Shown piece after piece: positions 26,216 to 30,377 of a DNA stretch of 30,377 nucleotides. Source of the DNA: a virus (taxonomy: Duplodnaviria > Heunggongvirae > Uroviricota > Caudoviricetes). The DNA lies in the IMG/VR virus record IMGVR_UViG_2654587686_000023. One strand, given 5' to 3'. How positions within the stretch are numbered: position 1 is the stretch's first letter; every line of letters begins with the position of its first letter. The notes below the pieces were generated by a model. It searched no databases. It had not been told where the DNA came from and saw only the letters and a list, made by a program, of their open reading frames with translations. The position numbers and the translations under genes were made by a program.

Positions 26216-26383
26216 ATGAGCGAAACTAAGAAACCAATTCCGCGCACTTACCTACACGTTGACCCTGAAATCTTCAAGGTTTTATTTGCTGAAGCCAAGA
26301 AAAGGCAAATTATGGTCAGTGATTTGATGTTAGAAATCATTACTGAAGCAGCAGAGAACATCAAACAAAAAAAGGGTAAGTGA
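26216..26383 (+). CDS. ribbon-helix-helix-like DNA-binding protein (55 aa; CopG/ParG-like)
   Basis: Short ORF below track cutoff, AAGGAGA SD; TYLHVDPEIFKVLFAEAKKRQIMVSDLMLEII fits beta-alpha-alpha RHH pattern. Confidence 0.5.
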   Translation: MSETKKPIPRTYLHVDPEIFKVLFAEAKKRQIMVSDLMLEIITEAAENIKQKKGK

Positions 26384-26434
26384 TCCTCATTCACTTTAGT
26401 AGCGCATTAAGCGTGATTTATAAGGAGATTTTTA

Positions 26435-27124
26435 ATGATTAATCAACTAACTTTTACAAAACACTATGACACGTTTGATAATGTATCAAAGATTTATTCT
26501 GATAAATTCCCTCAAGGAAAAGATTTAGATCTATTACATATTGTGCTTTATTTTCGATTCCTTAGTTATCAGGAAAACAACCTTAATTGTTATGAAAGTC
26601 ACGAAACATTAGCTAAGATTTTTAAGTCTTCAGCGTCAACAATTAAACGTAAGATAAACGATCTTAAAGAGATGGGATTATTAGAAACATCCCCACATCC
26701 TGATCCGTATATTTCATCTTTGATTTACAATGCTCTCCCTCTCACAGATGCACATATTACTCCCCCAGGAGAATCATCACTCTCTGATCTTTCTGAGGCA
26801 GAAGAAGCACAGGAACAACCTAAAGGCCATAAACAGCCTTCTTTTGATGTTCTTGATGATTGGGATGCGCCTTTGCCGTGGGAGACGGAAGAAACACCTG
26901 TTTCATCAAGTGAAAAGGTAGCTAATGATAATGAGGAGGATGTGTTAGAGAATTTTGCATCTCTTATTATCAAGCAGAAGAATACCAGAACAGGAGGAGC
27001 ATCATTTATAGAATTTGCAACATCGTTAGCCTATAAGCACAGGTTAAAGCTACCAAATGGTATTGAGGCATATTTTTCTAAGAATTACCCAAATGTGTAT
27101 GATGACTTTGATATTCCATTTTAA
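26435..27124 (+). CDS. winged-helix DNA-binding protein with acidic central region (229 aa); candidate replication initiator/primosomal-type protein
   Basis: AAGGAG SD; N-terminal HTH (ETLAKIFKSSASTIKRKINDLKEMGLLE); lies about 1.6 kb from the iterons. Function inferred. Confidence 0.55.
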   Translation: MINQLTFTKHYDTFDNVSKIYSDKFPQGKDLDLLHIVLYFRFLSYQENNLNCYESHETLAKIFKSSASTIKRKINDLKEMGLLETSPHPDPYISSLIYNALPLTDAHITPPGESSLSDLSEAEEAQEQPKGHKQPSFDVLDDWDAPLPWETEETPVSSSEKVANDNEEDVLENFASLIIKQKNTRTGGASFIEFATSLAYKHRLKLPNGIEAYFSKNYPNVYDDFDIPF

Positions 27125-27135
27125 TAAGGAGGGTT

Positions 27136-27414
27136 ATGATTCAATATTTAGTAAAAAATCAAGTAGACAGAATTCAGTGTAATGACACAGGAAAACGCAT
27201 CTACGAAACACTTGCTTACCTCTATAAAGGAAAGCCAACACCGCTAAAATATAGCGATGTGTTACATCGAGCAGGGTGCTCTGAAGATGGTTTAAAATTC
27301 TGGCTTAAACAGCTATCAAACTTCGGTGTTATAGAAATTAAAGAATTATCTTTCTCTACATTCAATCTCAAAAGACTAGATAAAGAAATAGAATTCATCT
27401 ATTCCACTCTCTAA
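27136..27414 (+). CDS. small winged-helix-like DNA-binding protein (92 aa)
   Basis: AAGGAGG SD; putative HTH YSDVLHRAGCSEDGLKFWLKQLSNFGVIE. Confidence 0.55.
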   Translation: MIQYLVKNQVDRIQCNDTGKRIYETLAYLYKGKPTPLKYSDVLHRAGCSEDGLKFWLKQLSNFGVIEIKELSFSTFNLKRLDKEIEFIYSTL

Positions 27415-27543
27415 AATCTCTCTATGTAATTAAAATATAAAAGGAAAACATTATTATGATAGTAGCTATGTATTGGTTATTGTTCTTTCTCACGTTAGAA
27501 ACATATTTCGGGGTGTTTTCCTTTAAAAGAAAAGGAAAAATAA

Positions 27544-27954
27544 ATGGCAAAAAGAAAAAACAATGTTGTTAAGAAGATCGGTGATTCAGCTTCTCTTCTA
27601 AGTAAACCTAAATCTATTCTAAGACGTAAAGACTTTAAAGAGCTAGTTACGCTCACCAAGCATAATAGCGCCCCTGGCGAATGGAAAACAGAGATCATAG
27701 AACATTCTCCCTCTGTGCCTTGTGGAGATGAATATATCGCATTACAAGAAATCTTATCTTCAACACCTGGCGTATTCTGGAAACCTAGAAAAAGAAAAGA
27801 GTATATTGTTGATAGCTCTGATTTACGCAAATACCAGATTTTAGGATTTGAAGATTATAATCACTACGTTGGTTATCTCGCCACCAATGGCCTAAATAAT
27901 TTAGTTCCTGAATTCCAGATTCTGGATAATGTTGATCACTATGGAGACTTTTAA
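27544..27954 (+). CDS. hypothetical protein (136 aa), basic N-terminus
   Basis: ORF with AAGGA SD. Confidence 0.55.
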   Translation: MAKRKNNVVKKIGDSASLLSKPKSILRRKDFKELVTLTKHNSAPGEWKTEIIEHSPSVPCGDEYIALQEILSSTPGVFWKPRKRKEYIVDSSDLRKYQILGFEDYNHYVGYLATNGLNNLVPEFQILDNVDHYGDF

Positions 27955-27955
27955 T

Positions 27956-28294
27956 ATGAACAAAAACACGTATGACACAATTTACTCACTAATTAATTAT
28001 TATGAGGATGATTACCTCCTGCCTTTAAACCGTGCTGAACTTGAAGCATACAAAGAAAACACGCCAGCGGCACTAAATGAGGCGTTTAAACACTGGGATT
28101 TAGCTGTGAATGCCTTTGAGATGCTCTGTAAGCGTGTAGAGATGCTCTGTAAGAGTGAGAACGCATATCTGACAGCGGATCAGATATGGGAGCTATCAAA
28201 CTGGATAGAAGGTATTTACTCGGACGTTCGCTATGTAGGAGACGGACTTGTTGAACTAGCTCAACGCTTAGGCGCTGCTATCACAGAAGAATAA
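27956..28294 (+). CDS. hypothetical protein (112 aa from ATG 27956; track ORF starts 27929)
   Basis: ATG at 27956 has GGAG 9 nt upstream and begins 1 nt after the previous stop; contains an in-frame 21-bp tandem duplication (EMLCKRV/EMLCKSE). Confidence 0.5.
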   Translation: MNKNTYDTIYSLINYYEDDYLLPLNRAELEAYKENTPAALNEAFKHWDLAVNAFEMLCKRVEMLCKSENAYLTADQIWELSNWIEGIYSDVRYVGDGLVELAQRLGAAITEE

Positions 28295-28323
28295 AAAAAG
28301 CAACAAAAAAGTTGTAAAATATC

Positions 28324-28352
28324 TTGACATTTCATCTATTGTATGTTAATAT
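28324..28352 (+). promoter_or_regulatory. Strong sigma70 promoter (TTGACA - 17 bp - TAATAT)
   Basis: Consensus -35 and 5/6 -10 with optimal spacing in the intergenic region upstream of the head-gene block. Confidence 0.6.
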
Positions 28353-28484
28353 AATTATATAGGGTGATTATTTTTCCTTTGTTGGTTCGATATTAAAAAT
28401 TCTTCCTGTCATTAAAGGGGAGTAAAATCTCCGCTCCCCGCTTCTCCTCCTCCTTAAGTGTCATTATTACCTCTTTTTTCCTTT

Positions 28485-28514
28485 GTTATGCATACATCTT
28501 GGAGTATGCATAAC
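28485..28514. promoter_or_regulatory. Perfect 10-bp inverted repeat GTTATGCATA-N10-TATGCATAAC; candidate operator or RNA hairpin
   Basis: Seen in sequence within the leader between promoter and terminator. Confidence 0.45.
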
Positions 28515-28543
28515 ATAGGGTAATTACATAGGTATGAGTTAAT

Positions 28544-28576
28544 AAAAGGCGGCTTTAAATGCTGCCTTTTATTTTG
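28544..28576 (+). terminator. Intrinsic terminator-like hairpin (AAAAGGCGGC-TTTAAAT-GCTGCCTTTT + ATTTTG)
   Basis: About 10-bp stem with one mismatch, flanked by A-run and T-run, about 215 nt downstream of the strong promoter and about 60 nt upstream of the next gene. Confidence 0.5.
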
Positions 28577-28637
28577 CCCGTTATGCAACTTAAAAGTTGT
28601 ATTTCTTACTTTAAACAAGGTAACAAGGTTTATATAA

Positions 28638-28850
28638 ATGTTGTTCTTAAATGATAAAGAGCAAATCATCAAGTATAAAGATGAAATGCTGAAAATTAAT
28701 CCACAAATTACCGAAATGGTAGCTAAATACGCTGGGTGTTCTGTAGAGGAAGTAGAAAGATGTGTTGAAAAATATTTTTCTCCTTCTTCTCCGTCTACAC
28801 CTTCCCTTAATGAATTAATCAAATTAAAAGCTAAGGAGATTACTAAATGA
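28638..28850 (+). CDS. small hypothetical protein (70 aa)
   Basis: ORF; weak SD; stop overlaps next start (ATGA). Confidence 0.45.
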   Translation: MLFLNDKEQIIKYKDEMLKINPQITEMVAKYAGCSVEEVERCVEKYFSPSSPSTPSLNELIKLKAKEITK

Positions 28851-29209
28851 TTATTGATTTAGACGCTCTTTTTCCAAGTCGAAAGACGTTTACAGATCTG
28901 GTGGCTTATTGTACTGATCCGTTTGCCTCTGTAGAAAGCAAGGTTTTTGCTTCTCTTCCTGCTGATGTTGAATGCGGAGACTTGATCACCAGCACTGGCG
29001 CTAAATATGAATCAGGAGATGATATCTATGTTGTTATGAGTGAATTTGTAACGGCTGGAGACAACAAGCCTGTAGATGTGCTACGTAGCAATGCTGGGCT
29101 TGTATGCATCAAAGCTGATGCCCTGAATGCTGTAAGTGAAGCAGCAAAAACAGCATTAATTAAAAAAGGCTTCCAGCTTGAAGGCTTTAATACGGTTTTC
29201 ACTTCTTAA
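28847..29209 (+). CDS. possible head decoration protein (lambda gpD-like position and size, 120 aa)
   Basis: AAGGAG SD; about 110-120 aa protein immediately upstream of a gpE-like capsid gene, as in lambda D-E; assignment by synteny and size only. Confidence 0.5.
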   Translation: MIIDLDALFPSRKTFTDLVAYCTDPFASVESKVFASLPADVECGDLITSTGAKYESGDDIYVVMSEFVTAGDNKPVDVLRSNAGLVCIKADALNAVSEAAKTALIKKGFQLEGFNTVFTS

Positions 29210-29227
29210 TAAAAGGAATAATAATAA

Positions 29228-30256
29228 ATGATTCTAGGTAATGATTACGTTGATTTAGCCCCTTTGTTCTCTGCGCATAGCACTAGAAACTATCTGCTCT
29301 CTACCCTCGACTTCACTGATCCGGTGGGCGTTAGTTCTCATAAAGTAGCTGTTTCCCAGCTTGTCGAAAGCAACGAATCTCTGTTCAACAAAGAAACCTC
29401 TCGTTTCTCTTCTGAACACAATGTTACTAAGCGAGAACAAGGTAAAGAATGGCTGATTGAAATCCCGTATTTTCTTCGTGAAGATGTGATCCGTCCTTCT
29501 GATGTTCAAGGCAAACGTAAGCCAGGCACTGATTTTCAGGAAACACTCACTGATATCTATGCTGACTATGTTGCTAAACACCACGTAGCGTATCAGCGTA
29601 CAAAAGAGAGCGTGTTGGCTGCATCTCTGTTTAGCGGTAAAACTTACACGCCTAAAACTGATGATGTTCTTATCGAATGGGGCAAGCTGTTTAACGTATC
29701 AGCTATGAAAGCCACTGTGAACGCTTCCAGCACTGACACCACGAAGATTTTTAAAGAATTTGATCAGATTGCTACTGACATTATCGAAAAAGCACAAAGC
29801 CAGGCGGCTGCTGTAGAGCGTATTGTTGTTTTCTGTAAGCCGGAAGCCTTCTCTGCAATTCGATTCTCTGCTGGTATGGCAAACGCATTCCAGTATGTAA
29901 GCCCACTGGAAGAGGGAAACGTTGTGTATCAGCGTCGTGACCTGCTACCGGGGGTGACAGCGTTCACTATTCCAGGAACTAACATTGATGTTATTAAACT
30001 GGTAGATCCGCTACACCTTGCACATATGACCGCTGACGCTGTAGCCGTGCCTAAATTCGCTAAAGGCTCTAACGTCTACCAGGCCATCTATGGGGCGGCT
30101 TCCAGCACTTTTGAACTGATTAATACCGCTCCTGCTGAGGTGTACAGCTACAGCTATGAATCTTCTCGTGGTGATGCTGTTAACGTTGTTACAGAGAATA
30201 GCCAGATGGTTGTAAACCACGGTGTAGGCTTCTCCGTTCAAATCACTGTTAAATAA
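29228..30256 (+). CDS. probable major capsid protein, lambda gpE-like (342 aa)
   Basis: AAGGA SD; length almost identical to lambda gpE (341 aa); recalled local similarity (RIVVFCKPEAFSAIRFS vs gpE NIIVFDPKGWALFRSF; C-terminal GFSVQITVK vs gpE EFVSVQLA). Confidence 0.55.
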   Translation: MILGNDYVDLAPLFSAHSTRNYLLSTLDFTDPVGVSSHKVAVSQLVESNESLFNKETSRFSSEHNVTKREQGKEWLIEIPYFLREDVIRPSDVQGKRKPGTDFQETLTDIYADYVAKHHVAYQRTKESVLAASLFSGKTYTPKTDDVLIEWGKLFNVSAMKATVNASSTDTTKIFKEFDQIATDIIEKAQSQAAAVERIVVFCKPEAFSAIRFSAGMANAFQYVSPLEEGNVVYQRRDLLPGVTAFTIPGTNIDVIKLVDPLHLAHMTADAVAVPKFAKGSNVYQAIYGAASSTFELINTAPAEVYSYSYESSRGDAVNVVTENSQMVVNHGVGFSVQITVK

Positions 30257-30377
30257 TATTTTAACGTGTAATAGAGGCGTGGCGCTGATGAATCCCCTAA
30301 TGATTTTGGTAAAAATCATTAAGTTAAGGTGGATACACATCTTGTCATATGATCAAATGGTTTCGCGAAAAATCAAT

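Larger units (their letters stand above)
22323..30377 (+). mobile_element. Second, AT-rich phage/plasmid-like element (incomplete in window)
   Basis: Abrupt change in base composition and repeat content right after attR of element 1; serine recombinase, iteron origin, RHH/wHTH regulators, lambda-like head genes. Confidence 0.6.

Overview
The window opens with a complete proA gene and the thrW tRNA-Thr(CGU) gene of an Escherichia/Shigella-type chromosome, followed by two foreign elements in tandem. Element 1 (about 1428-22322) is a P4-like island (tyrosine integrase, AlpA-like regulator, KilAC-type antirepressor, small genes, alpha-type primase-helicase) inserted in the 3' end of thrW and bounded by a 19-bp direct repeat of the tRNA 3' end. 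Its distal half is a ~9.5 kb cargo segment bracketed by inverted arrays of a GGTTCAGTT-type iteron. The cargo holds (i) a small RHH gene followed by a translationally coupled operon of four proteins that resemble phage internal-virion/ejection proteins (the largest has an N-terminal lytic-transglycosylase motif), plus a lipoprotein, and (ii) a convergent two-gene module (361-aa soluble protein + 145-aa four-helix membrane protein, RexAB-like layout) flanked by long ORF-free DNA containing a thrice-repeated TA(CG)nTA palindrome. The two-gene module is my best candidate for an undescribed defence/abortive-infection system. Element 2 (22323 to window end, incomplete) is visibly more AT-rich and plasmid/phage-like: a small serine recombinase with an upstream repeat cluster, a 22-bp iteron array beside an AT-rich stretch inside ~1.9 kb of ORF-free DNA, small RHH/wHTH DNA-binding proteins, a lambda pR'/tR'-like promoter-terminator cassette, and head-decoration-like and lambda gpE-like capsid genes. 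No rRNA, CRISPR array or transposase was seen. All functional calls rest on motif recognition by eye and recalled family features; no database search was run.
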